A stretch of DNA of 64,000 nt from Candidatus Ratteibacteria bacterium (lineage in GTDB: Bacteria > Ratteibacteria > UBA8468 > MWAK01): positions 23,289-87,288 of the forward strand of contig JBAZEZ010000005.1 in the NCBI GenBank assembly GCA_041653615.1. Reading direction: 5' to 3'. The translations under genes were made by a program, and so were the position numbers. The notes beneath the pieces are model-generated. The model did no database searches. It worked only from the letters and a program-made list of their open reading frames with translations, and was not told where the DNA came from. This document shows, piece after piece, positions 50,173-61,058 of this stretch. Positions within the stretch are counted from its first letter, which is position 1, and each line of letters starts with the position of its first letter.

Positions 50173-51459
50173 ATGTTAATTATGCGGAGAAAGACGGCGC
50201 TTTTTGTTTTTGCTGCCCTGTTGTTATTTCAAACTAAAATAATTTTAGCCGGCCCGATTCAGACGGGTGACCGCCTTACTTTGGAAAAATGTCTGGATAT
50301 TGCCCGGACAATGAATCCGCAAATACTGACCGCGGAACAGGCGGTAAACGCAAGTCAGAGCAGAATCGGCCAGGCAAAGGCAAACTATTATCCTCAGCTA
50401 AACGTATCTTCCGGATACAATCACGGCTGGTCTTCGACCGGAACCGCCTCGGGTTCTTCGGACCAGTTTTCAGCCAATATCGGAGTCAGCCAGAATATCT
50501 GGGATTTCGGCAAGACATCCACCCAGGTAAAAGTTTCCAACCTAAACCTGGATTCGGCTTCTTTCAACCTCGGTAATGTCTCCAGCCAGATAGTCCTGCA
50601 GGTAAAACAATATTATTATCAACTTCTCCAGGCTCAGAAGGCCGAAGGAGTTTCCCGGGAGGCCGTGGCGCAATACCAGAAGCATTTGGAGCAGGCGCAG
50701 GGATTTTACGAAACCGGCCGAAGCCCCAAGTTTGACGTGACTAAGGCGCAGGTTGATCTCGGTAATGCCAGGCTGGACCTGATAAACGCGGAGAACGCTT
50801 CCCGGATTGCCCTGGTTAATTTGAATAATGCCATGGGTCTTTTGGACGCGCCCGAATATACGGTGGAAGACAATCTTGCCCTCCGGCACCCGGAAATTAT
50901 TCTGGCGGATGCCTTGGAAACCGCCTATCGGAACCGGCCGGACTTGAACGCGGCTGTTACCCAACGCGAAGCAGCCGGTTTATCGGTGGACCTCGTCCGA
51001 AAGGGTTACTACCCGACCTTGTCCGGTAGTGCCGGCTACGGCTGGTCCGGCGGAAATTTCCCCCCGGGTAACGATAGTTGGAGCGCCGGAGTTACATTAT
51101 CCGTTCCGATTTTTAACGGGTTTTCAACTAAGTACAAAGTGGATGAGGCCGGCGCTAATTTTCAAGCGGCCAAGAGCCAGGAAGAGACCGCGAGACAAGG
51201 TGTATCTCTTGATGTGAAACAGGCTTATTTAACTCTTCAAAGCGCGGAGGCTAAAATTCCGGTGGCGGAACTGACCGTTACCCAAGCCAGAGAAAATTTG
51301 GAACTGGCAAACGGCCGGTACGAGGCCGGAGTCGGCAGTCCGATTGAGGTGACTGACAGTCAGGCGGCTTACAGCCAAGCGCGATATGCCTATATTCAGA
51401 CCCTTTATCAATATCAGATTGCTCAAGCCGGTCTGGACAAAGCAATAGGAGTACAATAA
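50173..51459 (+). CDS. TolC-family outer-membrane efflux protein
   Basis: It has a signal peptide and two OEP repeats, paralogous to 45639-46916. Confidence 0.8.
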   Translation: MLIMRRKTALFVFAALLLFQTKIILAGPIQTGDRLTLEKCLDIARTMNPQILTAEQAVNASQSRIGQAKANYYPQLNVSSGYNHGWSSTGTASGSSDQFSANIGVSQNIWDFGKTSTQVKVSNLNLDSASFNLGNVSSQIVLQVKQYYYQLLQAQKAEGVSREAVAQYQKHLEQAQGFYETGRSPKFDVTKAQVDLGNARLDLINAENASRIALVNLNNAMGLLDAPEYTVEDNLALRHPEIILADALETAYRNRPDLNAAVTQREAAGLSVDLVRKGYYPTLSGSAGYGWSGGNFPPGNDSWSAGVTLSVPIFNGFSTKYKVDEAGANFQAAKSQEETARQGVSLDVKQAYLTLQSAEAKIPVAELTVTQARENLELANGRYEAGVGSPIEVTDSQAAYSQARYAYIQTLYQYQIAQAGLDKAIGVQ

Positions 51460-51462
51460 AAA

Positions 51463-52659
51463 ATGAACAAACCAAACAAAAAGAAAAGATTGCTGGTTTT
51501 CGGTTCTATTCTCGCGATTTTGTTTTTGGTCATTCTGGCGGTTAAAATCGCGAAAAACAAGGAATCGGCGCCCAAGTTCCGCACCGAAAAGGTGACCCGG
51601 GGAGATGTTGTTACCACGGTTACGGCGACCGGCGCCATTAATCCGGTGACCACCGTCCAGGTCGGTACCCAGGTTTCCGGCACCATCAAGCGATTGTTCG
51701 TGGATTTTAATTCCACGGTGCGGAAAGGGCAAATGATTGCCCAGATAGACCCGACCTCCCTTGAGGCTCAGGCGGAACAGCAGCGGGCCGGTCTTATTTC
51801 CGCAAAGGCTAACGTAATCAAAGCGCAGGCGTCTCTCCTTGATGCCGACCGGACTTATAAACGCGACCAGGAACTCTTTTCCCGGAACCTGATCGCGCGC
51901 AGCGAATTGGACGTTGCCGAAACCAACTACCAGGCGAATGTGGCTTCGGTTGACGCGGCCAAGGCCCAGGTGACTCAGGCGCAGGCGTCTCTGAAGTACG
52001 TGGAGACCAACCTTGGTTACGCGAGGATAGTTTCTCCGGTGGATGGAATCGTTATCTCCCGCAATGTTGACGTTGGTCAGACGGTGGCCGCCAGTTTTTC
52101 AACGCCGACCTTGTTTACTATTGCCCAGGACTTGACCAAGATGCAGATTGACGCCAGCGTGGCGGAAGCGGATATCGGAAGCATCAAAAACGGCCAGCCG
52201 GTGGAATTTACCGCCGACGCTTATCCGGAGGATATATTTCACGGCTCGGTCTGGCAAATTAGAAATGCGGCCATAACTGTTTCAAACGTGGTTACCTATG
52301 ATGTAGTAATCAGGATGGATAATAAGGACTTGAAGTTAAAGCCCGGTATGACCGCCAACATTTCGTTTATTATTTCCACCCGGAAGGGCGTTCTGCGCGT
52401 GCCGGACGGCGCCTTAACTTTCATTCCTTCAGACGTTAAATCTAATGGCAAGTCAAAGGATAGGGGGGCAGGGGTCTGGATTCTCCAGGACGGAAAGCCG
52501 AACCGAGCCGGGGTGACTACGGGTGAAAGCAACGGTACTTTTACGGAAATTACTTCAGGTCAACTGCAGGAGGGTGGCTTGGTAATAACCGGTTATCTTG
52601 TTTCGCCTAAGAATAATTCCGGGAACAACTCAGGGCAGCGTCCGCCCAGAATGTTTTAG
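51463..52659 (+). CDS. MacA-like periplasmic adaptor (HlyD family)
   Basis: An N-terminal TM is followed by a coiled-coil hairpin and beta-barrel. It lies upstream of an ABC ATPase and FtsX permease. Confidence 0.8.
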   Translation: MNKPNKKKRLLVFGSILAILFLVILAVKIAKNKESAPKFRTEKVTRGDVVTTVTATGAINPVTTVQVGTQVSGTIKRLFVDFNSTVRKGQMIAQIDPTSLEAQAEQQRAGLISAKANVIKAQASLLDADRTYKRDQELFSRNLIARSELDVAETNYQANVASVDAAKAQVTQAQASLKYVETNLGYARIVSPVDGIVISRNVDVGQTVAASFSTPTLFTIAQDLTKMQIDASVAEADIGSIKNGQPVEFTADAYPEDIFHGSVWQIRNAAITVSNVVTYDVVIRMDNKDLKLKPGMTANISFIISTRKGVLRVPDGALTFIPSDVKSNGKSKDRGAGVWILQDGKPNRAGVTTGESNGTFTEITSGQLQEGGLVITGYLVSPKNNSGNNSGQRPPRMF

Positions 52660-52780
52660 CCCAATTCGCCTTCATTCATATAGCGGCGTTGGCTTCGTCA
52701 GCAGCTTCCTCGGCGTACTTCCGTGTAAGCCTGCGTCGCTGCTTCCTTGCCGCCTTGTTCTATTTTTGAAGGCGAATTGG
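52660..52780. mobile_element. MITE-like element, family B, copy 2
   Basis: cccaattcgccttcattcatatagcggcgttggc...tatttttgaaggcgaattgg. It begins 1 nt after the macA-like stop. Confidence 0.65.
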
Positions 52781-52800
52781 TATAAATTTCGGTATAAATT

Positions 52801-53493
52801 ATGACTCTGCTTGAACTTTCCGGAGTATCCAAGGTTTATAATTTGGGCGATGTCAGTGTGACCGCGCTCAATAATGTTTCGGCTAACGTGGAAGAAGGTG
52901 ATTTCCTGGCGATTATGGGTCCCTCCGGTTCCGGGAAGTCAACCTTTATGAATATTGTCGGTTGTCTGGATAAACCAACTTCCGGACGTTATTTGCTGGA
53001 AGGCAAGGAAGTCGGCCGGCTGGACCGGGACACCCTGGCCGCCGTCCGGAATGAAAAACTCGGTTTTGTCTTCCAGGGTTTTAACCTTCTTTCCCGAACT
53101 TCAGCTTTGGAGAACGTGGAACTTCCGATGCTTTATTCCGGGGTTCCTTCGGGAGAGAGAAGGCGCAAAGCTTTAGCCATGCTTAAGTCCGTAGGTTTGG
53201 AAGGCAGGGAAAGACATTATCCCAACCAATTATCCGGCGGGCAGCAGCAGCGGGTCGCCATCGCCCGGGCCATCGTCAACGACGCAGCGGTTTTACTGGC
53301 CGACGAACCGACCGGGAACCTTGATACTCATACCAGCGCTGGAATAATGGAACTCTTCGTAAAACTCAATCGCGAATCTGGCATTACCGTTATCCTAGTA
53401 ACTCACGAACCGGATATCGCCGCGTACAGCAAACGTATCCTGAGATTTTTGGACGGTAATATCATTGCCGACGAAAAAAGAAGCCTGATATGA
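52801..53493 (+). CDS. MacB-like ABC transporter ATP-binding protein
   Basis: [24 protein letters not shown] and [11 protein letters not shown] are present. Confidence 0.85.
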   Translation: MTLLELSGVSKVYNLGDVSVTALNNVSANVEEGDFLAIMGPSGSGKSTFMNIVGCLDKPTSGRYLLEGKEVGRLDRDTLAAVRNEKLGFVFQGFNLLSRTSALENVELPMLYSGVPSGERRRKALAMLKSVGLEGRERHYPNQLSGGQQQRVAIARAIVNDAAVLLADEPTGNLDTHTSAGIMELFVKLNRESGITVILVTHEPDIAAYSKRILRFLDGNIIADEKRSLI

Positions 53494-54719
53494 TTAGCGT
53501 AAGCGCCACTATCAAAATTTCCCTAAGGGCTTTGCAGACCAACAAGATAAGGTCAGGCCTTACCATCCTGGGTATTGTGATTGGCGTGGGCGCGGTAATC
53601 GCCATGCTGGCCATCGGCAATGGTGCGCGTCAGCAGATTACCGACCAGATTTCCAGCATCGGTAGTAATCTTTTGATGGTGCGGTCCGGTTCGTCCGCTT
53701 CCGGAGGGGTAAGAATGGGCGCCGGTACTCAACCGACCCTGACCTTGCTGGACGCGGAAGCAATTATAAAAGATTGCCCTTCGGTAACCGCGGCCGCTCC
53801 GGTAGTTAACGGCGGAGCGCAGGCGATAAACGGCAATAAAAACTGGTCAACTTCCGTCACCGGAAGCACTCCGGACTTTTTAGAAGTCAGAGATTGGCAG
53901 GTGGCCGAGGGCCGTTCGATAACCGACCAGGACGTTCGGAGCGCGGCCAAGGTCTGCCTGTTGGGCGCCACCGTGGTTGACAACCTCTTTGGTGACCAAC
54001 CTCCGACCGGTAAGGTCATCCGGCTTAAAAATATGCCCTTTATGGTGGTTGGCATGCTGGCCAGCAAAGGTCAGTCGGCGATGGGCCAGGACCAGGACGA
54101 TGTCATTATAGTGCCGGTAACGACCGCCCAGAAGAAGCTCTTCGGCACTTCTTTTCCCGGAATGGTTAATACCATTACGGTGAAGGCGAACAGCGCCGAA
54201 GGAACCAAATCGGCGCAACAAGAGATAGAGAACCTTTTAAAACGCAGGCACCACATCGGTTTGGGAAAAGACCCTGATTTTACGGTCCGCGACCTTACCC
54301 AAATCATGCAGGCCGCCGAACAATCCAGCCAGGTTATGACTATTCTGCTGGGCGCTATCGCTTCCATCTCGCTGTTGGTGGGCGGAATCGGCGTGATGAA
54401 CATAATGCTGGTCTCGGTTGCCGAGCGGACCCGTGAAATCGGCATTCGGATGGCGGTTGGCGCCAAGACTTGGGACATACGCCTCCAATTTATCACCGAG
54501 GCCCTGACCCTATCCCTCATCGGCGGAATTATCGGAATCATGTTTGGCGTAATCGGCGCCAAGGTTATTTCCGTAAAGGCCGGCTGGCCGACCGCCGTGT
54601 CGCTTTCCTCGATTATGATGTCCTTCGGTTTTTCCGGTTTCGTGGGCATCTTCTTCGGTTTCTACCCCGCCTACAAAGCTTCCCTGCTTAACCCCATCGA
54701 CGCCCTCCGGTACGAATGA
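53490..54719 (+). CDS. MacB-like ABC transporter permease (FtsX family)
   Basis: An N-terminal TM and periplasmic domain are followed by three TM helices and a C-terminal ...LNPIDALRYE. Confidence 0.85.
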   Translation: MISVSATIKISLRALQTNKIRSGLTILGIVIGVGAVIAMLAIGNGARQQITDQISSIGSNLLMVRSGSSASGGVRMGAGTQPTLTLLDAEAIIKDCPSVTAAAPVVNGGAQAINGNKNWSTSVTGSTPDFLEVRDWQVAEGRSITDQDVRSAAKVCLLGATVVDNLFGDQPPTGKVIRLKNMPFMVVGMLASKGQSAMGQDQDDVIIVPVTTAQKKLFGTSFPGMVNTITVKANSAEGTKSAQQEIENLLKRRHHIGLGKDPDFTVRDLTQIMQAAEQSSQVMTILLGAIASISLLVGGIGVMNIMLVSVAERTREIGIRMAVGAKTWDIRLQFITEALTLSLIGGIIGIMFGVIGAKVISVKAGWPTAVSLSSIMMSFGFSGFVGIFFGFYPAYKASLLNPIDALRYE

Positions 54720-54820
54720 AATTGATATAAATACAATCAATGTCGTTGACTTAAAAAAAGAATATGGCTTAAAATAACCCTATCTTCTTTTATTTCTCCT
54801 CTATAAAACAGATTAATAGA

Positions 54821-56428
54821 ATGAAAAAGAACTGTTGGTGGAGATGTTGCTTGATAGCCGGGTTTTTATTTTACCTGGCTGGGTGTTCGGCGCAGCATTA
54901 TCGGGAAAGCGCGGACCGCGAGGTTTACCGCATCCTGGCGGAGAAGAAGGGGCCGGGTCCGGTGGTTTCTTTTGATATTGAACCAAAAAGTCCGCCGGTT
55001 TTTTTGCCGGGCGAGATAAAAGAGGTCGGCCTGCGGGAAGTGCTTCAGCTGGCAGCCCTGCACAGTCGGGAATATCAGGATAGGAAGGAGAGTCTTTATC
55101 TGCAAGCGCTTAGTCTCACGGCCCAGCGCCACAACTATCGGCCCAGGTTTGGCGCTGGTATCAACGTCGACTGGACAACCGCCGGTAAGGACAGTGTGAG
55201 TGTTGCCGGCGATTTTTCGCTTGTCCAGTGGTTGGCCGACGGCTCCCAGGTTACCCTGAATCTGGGTACGGATTTTTTACGGTATCTGACCGGCGACCCG
55301 CAAGAGTCGCTCGGTTCGCTCTTGAGCCTTAATCTCCTGCAGCCTATTTTTCGGGGCGCCGGTCGACGGGTTGCCCGGGAAAATCTCACCCAGTCCGAAC
55401 GGGATGTTGTTTACGCCATCCGCTCTTTTTTGCATTATCAGCGCACCTTTTCGGTTGCAATTACCACCAATTACTATCAACTCCTGGAGCAGAAGATGGT
55501 GTTGTCTAACGAAGAGAATAATTATCAGCAATTGGTGGCAAATCGCCAGCGCAGCGAGATGCTGGGTGAAGCCGGTCGTTTACCCCTTTTCCAGGTGGAT
55601 CAAGCCCGCCAGGATGAGTTGAAAGCTTACGAACGGATGATTTCGGCCCGCACAATTTACCAGGAAGAGGTTGACCAGTTTAAGGTTTTGTTAGGATTGC
55701 CGGCTAACGCCGCCATTCGTTTCAGCGACAAGGAGGCCGAGGAGTTGACTACCCGGGCACTGCCGGTTCTCCAGCTGGACCTGGCGCAGGCGCTCAAGAT
55801 ATCTTTGCAAAACCGGCTGGATCTGATGAGCGCCCTGGACGCGGTTGAGGACGCCGGTCGCAAAGTGACGGTTTCCCGGGATAATCTTCGGTCCGACCTT
55901 TCGTTTGTTGGCGCTGCCAGCGGTTCGACACCGGAGGATGAAAACACGGTTCTAAAATTTGAATCGAATAAAGTTGATTACAGCGCCGGTTTGCATCTGA
56001 ATTTACCCGTTGACCGGTTGACGGAAAGGAATAGTTATCGCCAGAGTTTAATTTCTCTGGAACACAGCCGCCGCAACCTGTCTTTGGTGCAGGACAGCGT
56101 TTCTTTGGGAATGCGCACCGCCTGGCGCAACCTGGAACAAGCCCGGCAGAGTTACGAAAATCAAAAGATCAGTTTAGCGTTGGCGCAACGGAGGGTGGAG
56201 AGCACTAACATGCTGCTGGATGCGGGCCGGGCATCCCAGCGGGACCTTTTAGAGGCACAGAGCGCCAGTCTGCAGGCACGCAACAGCCTTCTGGCGGCAA
56301 CGGTTGATTATCTTTCCGCCGACCTGGCTTTTTTGCGGGACGCAGAGATGCTGGAGATTGGCAGCAATGGTGTTTGGACGGGAGATTGGAATGCGCAAAC
56401 TAATACGGATACAGAGATTAAAAACTAA
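54821..56428 (+). CDS. TolC-like outer-membrane efflux lipoprotein
   Basis: The lipobox FLFYLAGCS is followed by OEP-like repeats. Confidence 0.65.
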   Translation: MKKNCWWRCCLIAGFLFYLAGCSAQHYRESADREVYRILAEKKGPGPVVSFDIEPKSPPVFLPGEIKEVGLREVLQLAALHSREYQDRKESLYLQALSLTAQRHNYRPRFGAGINVDWTTAGKDSVSVAGDFSLVQWLADGSQVTLNLGTDFLRYLTGDPQESLGSLLSLNLLQPIFRGAGRRVARENLTQSERDVVYAIRSFLHYQRTFSVAITTNYYQLLEQKMVLSNEENNYQQLVANRQRSEMLGEAGRLPLFQVDQARQDELKAYERMISARTIYQEEVDQFKVLLGLPANAAIRFSDKEAEELTTRALPVLQLDLAQALKISLQNRLDLMSALDAVEDAGRKVTVSRDNLRSDLSFVGAASGSTPEDENTVLKFESNKVDYSAGLHLNLPVDRLTERNSYRQSLISLEHSRRNLSLVQDSVSLGMRTAWRNLEQARQSYENQKISLALAQRRVESTNMLLDAGRASQRDLLEAQSASLQARNSLLAATVDYLSADLAFLRDAEMLEIGSNGVWTGDWNAQTNTDTEIKN

Positions 56429-58178
56429 GTTGGTATTTTGGGCTAAAATACCCCCAAAAAGAAAACGTTTGTTTATTTGGCTTTTTCCGGCGGTGATTAT
56501 TTTGCTGCTCGTCCTGATGCTGGGAGGCCGGAAAGAAAAGACCACGGAGTTGACCTGGCGGGTCCAGCCGGGCGATTTAAGGGTGACGGTGTTGGAAGGC
56601 GGAACGCTGAAAGCGGTGCGGAGCCAGGATATCCTTTCTGAAGTTGAGGGGCAGAGTACGATTCTGGATATTGTGCCGGAAGGGACCGTGGTGACCGAGG
56701 AAGATATTAAAAATGGTAAGGTGCTGGTGCGCCTGGATTCTTCCCAGATGAGAGAGAGATTAGCCCAGGAAGAGATTAATTTACAGAATGCGGAGACAAC
56801 GCTGACCGATGCCCGGGAAGGTCTTCAAATCCAGGTTAACCAGAATGACACCAACGTTCGAAAAGGCGAATTGAGTTTGACTTTTGCCAGGATGGAACTG
56901 GAAAAGTATCTGGGCAGCCGTTTGACGGAGACGGTGTTGAAGCAGAAAGGTGAAGTCAAACCCGGAGAAATTTTTGCCAGCCCGGACCTGGAGGGCGAAG
57001 CTCAGCGCCAGATGAAACAGTTCAAGAATGCGATAGATTTGGCCAAAGAACAGCTTTCCCGCGACCAGGACCGTTTGAATTGGACCAAAAAACTGGTGGA
57101 GAAGGGCTACGCAACCCGGGGAGAACAGGAGGCCGATAATCTGGCAGTTCAGCAGCGGCAGGTGGAAACCGAGCAGGCCCAGACCGGGTACCTTCTTTTC
57201 AAGAACTATGATTTTCCCAAGGAATTGGCAAAGCGGTTTTCCGATTTTCGGGAAGCCGGAGAAGAGTTGACCCGTATTAAGGCCAATGCCCGGTCTCAAG
57301 AATCCCAGGCCCGTAACCGATTGGTGACCCGGCAAGCCTCTTATGTATTGACGCAGGATCGGGTCAAACGTTATCAGACCCAGGTGGAAAAAAGCATTAT
57401 TGTCGCCACCCAGCCAGGCATCGTGGTTTATGCCAGCAGTGCTAATCCTTTTCGATCAGGTCAGCCCATTCAGGCCGGCGCTACGGTTTATCAGCGCCAG
57501 GCCATTATTACCTTGCCGGATATTTCCCAGATGTCGGTGGAACTAAAAGTACCGGAGTCTTCCATTGATAAGATTCGGGAAGGGCAGACGGCACGGATTA
57601 CGGTGGATGCTTTCCCGGGTATGTCTGTTGCCGGCAAAGTAAGCAAGATGGCGCTTTTGCCGGATGCCACCATGCGTTGGATGAACCCGGATATCAATGT
57701 GTACGCGGTAGAGGTTGTTCTGGACCAGGAAATGCCGGACCTGCGGCCCGGAATGTCAACCCAGGTGGAGATATTGGTGGCTGAGCTTAAAAATGTTCTT
57801 TTGATTCCACTTTCGGCGCTCCATGTTTCAGACGGTAATTACTCGTGCGTTAAGATGGTCCGGCGCCGGTCGGTTGAGGTTCCGGTGGTAATCGGATTGA
57901 ATAATGAGAATTTTGCCGAAGTGAAAAGCGGCCTGAAGCGCGGAGATGTGGTATTCCTATCCGGAGCTGCTACTCTGCCGACGCTGGTGTCGGAAACGCC
58001 GAAAATGGAAAAGGTTGCGCCGGATAATGAGGGAATCGCTAAAGAACAGCCTGTTTCCAAACAGCCGATAGAACCGGTCGGCGGAAAGACCGGCGGGAAA
58101 ACCAGTGTTGAAAATGGCGGTGGCGCACCGGCTCCGGTTCGGCAAAGGCCGATTATCCGGGAAGAAAAACTAAAATAA
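56391..58178 (+). CDS. long HlyD-family periplasmic adaptor (coiled-coil rich)
   Basis: A TM helix (LFIWLFPAVIILLLVLML) is followed by a long coiled-coil, a beta-barrel and a Pro/Gly-rich C-terminus. The start is set at MRKLIR; the longer ORF overlaps the upstream OMP. Confidence 0.65.
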   Translation: MRKLIRIQRLKTKLVFWAKIPPKRKRLFIWLFPAVIILLLVLMLGGRKEKTTELTWRVQPGDLRVTVLEGGTLKAVRSQDILSEVEGQSTILDIVPEGTVVTEEDIKNGKVLVRLDSSQMRERLAQEEINLQNAETTLTDAREGLQIQVNQNDTNVRKGELSLTFARMELEKYLGSRLTETVLKQKGEVKPGEIFASPDLEGEAQRQMKQFKNAIDLAKEQLSRDQDRLNWTKKLVEKGYATRGEQEADNLAVQQRQVETEQAQTGYLLFKNYDFPKELAKRFSDFREAGEELTRIKANARSQESQARNRLVTRQASYVLTQDRVKRYQTQVEKSIIVATQPGIVVYASSANPFRSGQPIQAGATVYQRQAIITLPDISQMSVELKVPESSIDKIREGQTARITVDAFPGMSVAGKVSKMALLPDATMRWMNPDINVYAVEVVLDQEMPDLRPGMSTQVEILVAELKNVLLIPLSALHVSDGNYSCVKMVRRRSVEVPVVIGLNNENFAEVKSGLKRGDVVFLSGAATLPTLVSETPKMEKVAPDNEGIAKEQPVSKQPIEPVGGKTGGKTSVENGGGAPAPVRQRPIIREEKLK

Positions 58179-58874
58179 ATGGTTGAACAAAACAAAAAAA
58201 TACCGGCGATACAGTTGGAAGAAATCAGCCGGATTTACCAAATGGCGGCAGGCGAGGTAGCGGCCCTGGCGGGAATTAATCTCACAGTGGAACAGGGTGA
58301 ATACATGGCGATTATGGGTCCATCCGGTTCCGGCAAAACAACCCTGTTGAATCTGCTGGGCTGCCTGGATCAGCCCACCGGCGGACGATATTATCTCGGC
58401 GGAGAAGATGTTTCGGCGCTTCCCGACGACCAGCTTTCGGAAATTCGCAACCGCAAAATAGGTTTTATATTCCAGTCGTATAACCTGATTCCGGAATTGA
58501 CCGTTCTGGAGAATATTGAGATTCCACTTTTTTACCGGAATCCTCATGACTCGGACGGACTTCAACGCGCGGTCCGCCTGGCGGAAATGGTCGGCCTCGG
58601 CAGCCGTTTGGACCACCGGCCGGCCCAACTCTCCGGCGGGCAACAGCAACGGGTGGCTATCGCCCGCAGCCTGGTAAATGACCCGCTTATTATTCTGGCG
58701 GATGAGCCGACCGGCAACCTTGATTCCACAACCGGGCAGGAGATCCTTTCCGTCCTGCAGGAGATGCATCGTCAGGGTAAGACGCTGGTGGTTATTACTC
58801 ACGACATCAGCGTGGCGCAACACTCTTCCCGAATAATTAATATTGTGGACGGGCACATAAAAGAACAAAACTAA
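58179..58874 (+). CDS. MacB-like ABC transporter ATP-binding protein
   Basis: [24 protein letters not shown] and [11 protein letters not shown] are present. Confidence 0.85.
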   Translation: MVEQNKKIPAIQLEEISRIYQMAAGEVAALAGINLTVEQGEYMAIMGPSGSGKTTLLNLLGCLDQPTGGRYYLGGEDVSALPDDQLSEIRNRKIGFIFQSYNLIPELTVLENIEIPLFYRNPHDSDGLQRAVRLAEMVGLGSRLDHRPAQLSGGQQQRVAIARSLVNDPLIILADEPTGNLDSTTGQEILSVLQEMHRQGKTLVVITHDISVAQHSSRIINIVDGHIKEQN

Positions 58875-60166
58875 TGATACTTCCTTTATTCTTTCAGCGG
58901 AACCTGACGGTCGGTTTAAAAAGTCTCTGGCACCGGCGGCTCCGTTCTTTGCTGACGGTTCTGGGCATCGTTTTTGGCGTGGCTTCCGTTATCGCGATGC
59001 TGGCTATCGGCGAAGGCGCCAGTTACGAGGCCCAGCAGCGGATTAAACAGATGGGCAGTTTGAATATCATCCTGCGCAGCGTCAAAGCGCCGGTTGGCGG
59101 TCCGGGTGCTAAGAAAAACACCCAAAGCACATCGGGTATGTCGATAGACAAATATGGTTTACTCCGGAGCGATTTTTCCCGGCTTAAGACCATTCCTTCG
59201 TTAAACCAGTCGGCCCAGTTGCGTCGGACAAGGGAGACGGTCTGGCAGGGAGAGTGGAGCTTTCCCGGACAACTGGTATCGACCAACCCAAGTTATTTTC
59301 AACTGGTCAGCCTCTCTTTGGCGTCCGGCCGGTTATTTAATGAAGATGACAATCTCCATCGGTCCAATGTGGCGGTGCTGGGCGCCGGCCTTGCCCAAAA
59401 ACTTTTCCCACTGGGCGGCGGTCTCGGGGAGACTGTCCGGGTTAAAAGGAACTATTACCGGGTAATCGGAATCTTATCGGACCGCAGTATCTCCGGCGGC
59501 GGGTCTACGGTGGCGACGGAAAACGTCAATTATGAAATTTACATCCCGTTCTTAACCGGAATGAGCCAGTTTGGAGAGTTCATTTTTAAAAATGAGGCGG
59601 GAAGCGTTCAGCGGGAATGGGTGGAATTGCACGAAATAGTGCTGAAGGTTGGTTTGGAATCCGACATTCCGGCAACCGTTAGTTTAATCTCGGCGGAGTT
59701 GAAGAGAAGCCATAAGGCGGATGACTACGAGATTATGGTGCCTCTGGAACTTCTAAAACAGGCCGAGCAGACCAAGCGTATTTTTAATATTGTCCTGGGG
59801 TCTATCGCGGCTATTTCGCTGTTAGTGGGCGGCATCGGCATCATGAATATTATGTTGGCCAGCGTTATGGAACGGATTCGGGAAATCGGTCTGCGCCGGG
59901 CTTTGGGCGCCCGCAAGCGGGATATCGTAACCCAGTTCCTGTCCGAGGCGGTAATTCTTTCCGCCATCGGCGGTGCTATCGGCGTTATCCTGGGAATTTT
60001 TGTCCCGGCGCTGGTTACGCGCGCTACCGGCATGAAGACAATCGTTACGCTCTGGTCTCCCATCCTTGCCTTTGCCATTTCCGCGGCCATCGGAGTTATT
60101 TTCGGTTTCTATCCGGCCCGTTCCGCGGCCGAGTTGGACCCGATAACCGCTTTGCGCAACGAATAG
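58874..60166 (+). CDS. MacB-like ABC transporter permease (FtsX family)
   Basis: It has the same architecture as 53490-54719, with a C-terminal ...LDPITALRNE. Confidence 0.85.
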   Translation: MILPLFFQRNLTVGLKSLWHRRLRSLLTVLGIVFGVASVIAMLAIGEGASYEAQQRIKQMGSLNIILRSVKAPVGGPGAKKNTQSTSGMSIDKYGLLRSDFSRLKTIPSLNQSAQLRRTRETVWQGEWSFPGQLVSTNPSYFQLVSLSLASGRLFNEDDNLHRSNVAVLGAGLAQKLFPLGGGLGETVRVKRNYYRVIGILSDRSISGGGSTVATENVNYEIYIPFLTGMSQFGEFIFKNEAGSVQREWVELHEIVLKVGLESDIPATVSLISAELKRSHKADDYEIMVPLELLKQAEQTKRIFNIVLGSIAAISLLVGGIGIMNIMLASVMERIREIGLRRALGARKRDIVTQFLSEAVILSAIGGAIGVILGIFVPALVTRATGMKTIVTLWSPILAFAISAAIGVIFGFYPARSAAELDPITALRNE

Positions 60167-60239
60167 GGGAACAACCTGGAAGCCGTTTAAAAAGCCCGCC
60201 TGTTTTTTTCCATACTAATTTAATATCAAATCAGTATGC

Positions 60240-61058
60240 TTAGCGCAGGTGATATTCGGACAATTTAACAAAGCGGAAACCTTTCTTCTTAAGTTCCGGC
60301 ACCGCGGCGATTATCCCTTCGGCAGTCTCTTTCTCCGGGTGGTTCATGTGGCAAATGATGATTGAACCTGGTCCGGCAGTAAGGAGAGCTGTCTTAACCT
60401 GCGCGGCAGAATAGGTGGCGCCTTTGTCGCCCAGTATGCTGAAACCGACCGCTTGATAACCTAATGCTTCAACGATTTTTAAAGCCACTTCGTCGTAATA
60501 GGCGGTTCCGGACCGGTAATATTTCGGTTTGCGGCCGGTCAATCGTTCTATTTTTTGACCGTTTGTTTCCACTTCTTCAAACACCTCTCCCGAATTAGCG
60601 GTGCCTTTAATGCCGTAGACCGACCGGCCGTTTACGGAGCAGGGCCGGTGTAGCCATCCGTGATTTTCAATTTCAAACAATTTGTTGCTTGCCAGCCGCT
60701 TGAATGTTTCCGGATTTTTATCAATCCAGCGGCTATTGATAAAAAGAGTGGCGGGAACGCTTTCTTGAATCAGGAAGGTTATTAATTCCGTATCGTACCC
60801 GTCTTTTTCCGAACCGCAGGCGTCAAGAGTGAGCGCGACAACTTTTTGACGCGTGTTCAGCCGGGTTTTGACGCCGGGTAGAACTTCGGCCCACTGTCGG
60901 GGGTCTTGGCCGTTGAAACGGGAAACAGTGTCCTTTTTGCTGAGGGTGCCTTGATTATTCCGGTTTTTCGGGCTTTGGCCCGAAAGGGTGGCCCCCGAAA
61001 TAAAGATAAGGACGAATACGGCCGAAAAGAGCGTAAATCCTAACGGAAAATGTCTGAT
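60240..61058 (-). CDS. polysaccharide deacetylase (NodB-homology) family protein; start codon unresolved
   Basis: ...KVVALTLDACGSEKDGYD...FEIENHGWLH... has NodB motifs (TFDDG-like, H-x-x-x-H). The ORF is open from 61079 with a signal-peptide-like FTLFSAVFVLIFISGATLS but contains no ATG/GTG/TTG before it. Confidence 0.6.
   Translation of the reverse strand: MRHFPLGFTLFSAVFVLIFISGATLSGQSPKNRNNQGTLSKKDTVSRFNGQDPRQWAEVLPGVKTRLNTRQKVVALTLDACGSEKDGYDTELITFLIQESVPATLFINSRWIDKNPETFKRLASNKLFEIENHGWLHRPCSVNGRSVYGIKGTANSGEVFEEVETNGQKIERLTGRKPKYYRSGTAYYDEVALKIVEALGYQAVGFSILGDKGATYSAAQVKTALLTAGPGSIIICHMNHPEKETAEGIIAAVPELKKKGFRFVKLSEYHLR

Noticed and set aside
58170-58868. 232-aa minus-strand ORF
   Set aside because: It completely overlaps the well-supported ABC ATPase gene (Walker A/B and signature motifs) on the opposite strand.
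60240-60680. 146-aa polysaccharide deacetylase ORF as given
   Set aside because: The listed start is a TTG inside the NodB domain. The reading frame is open and homologous for a further ~130 codons upstream.
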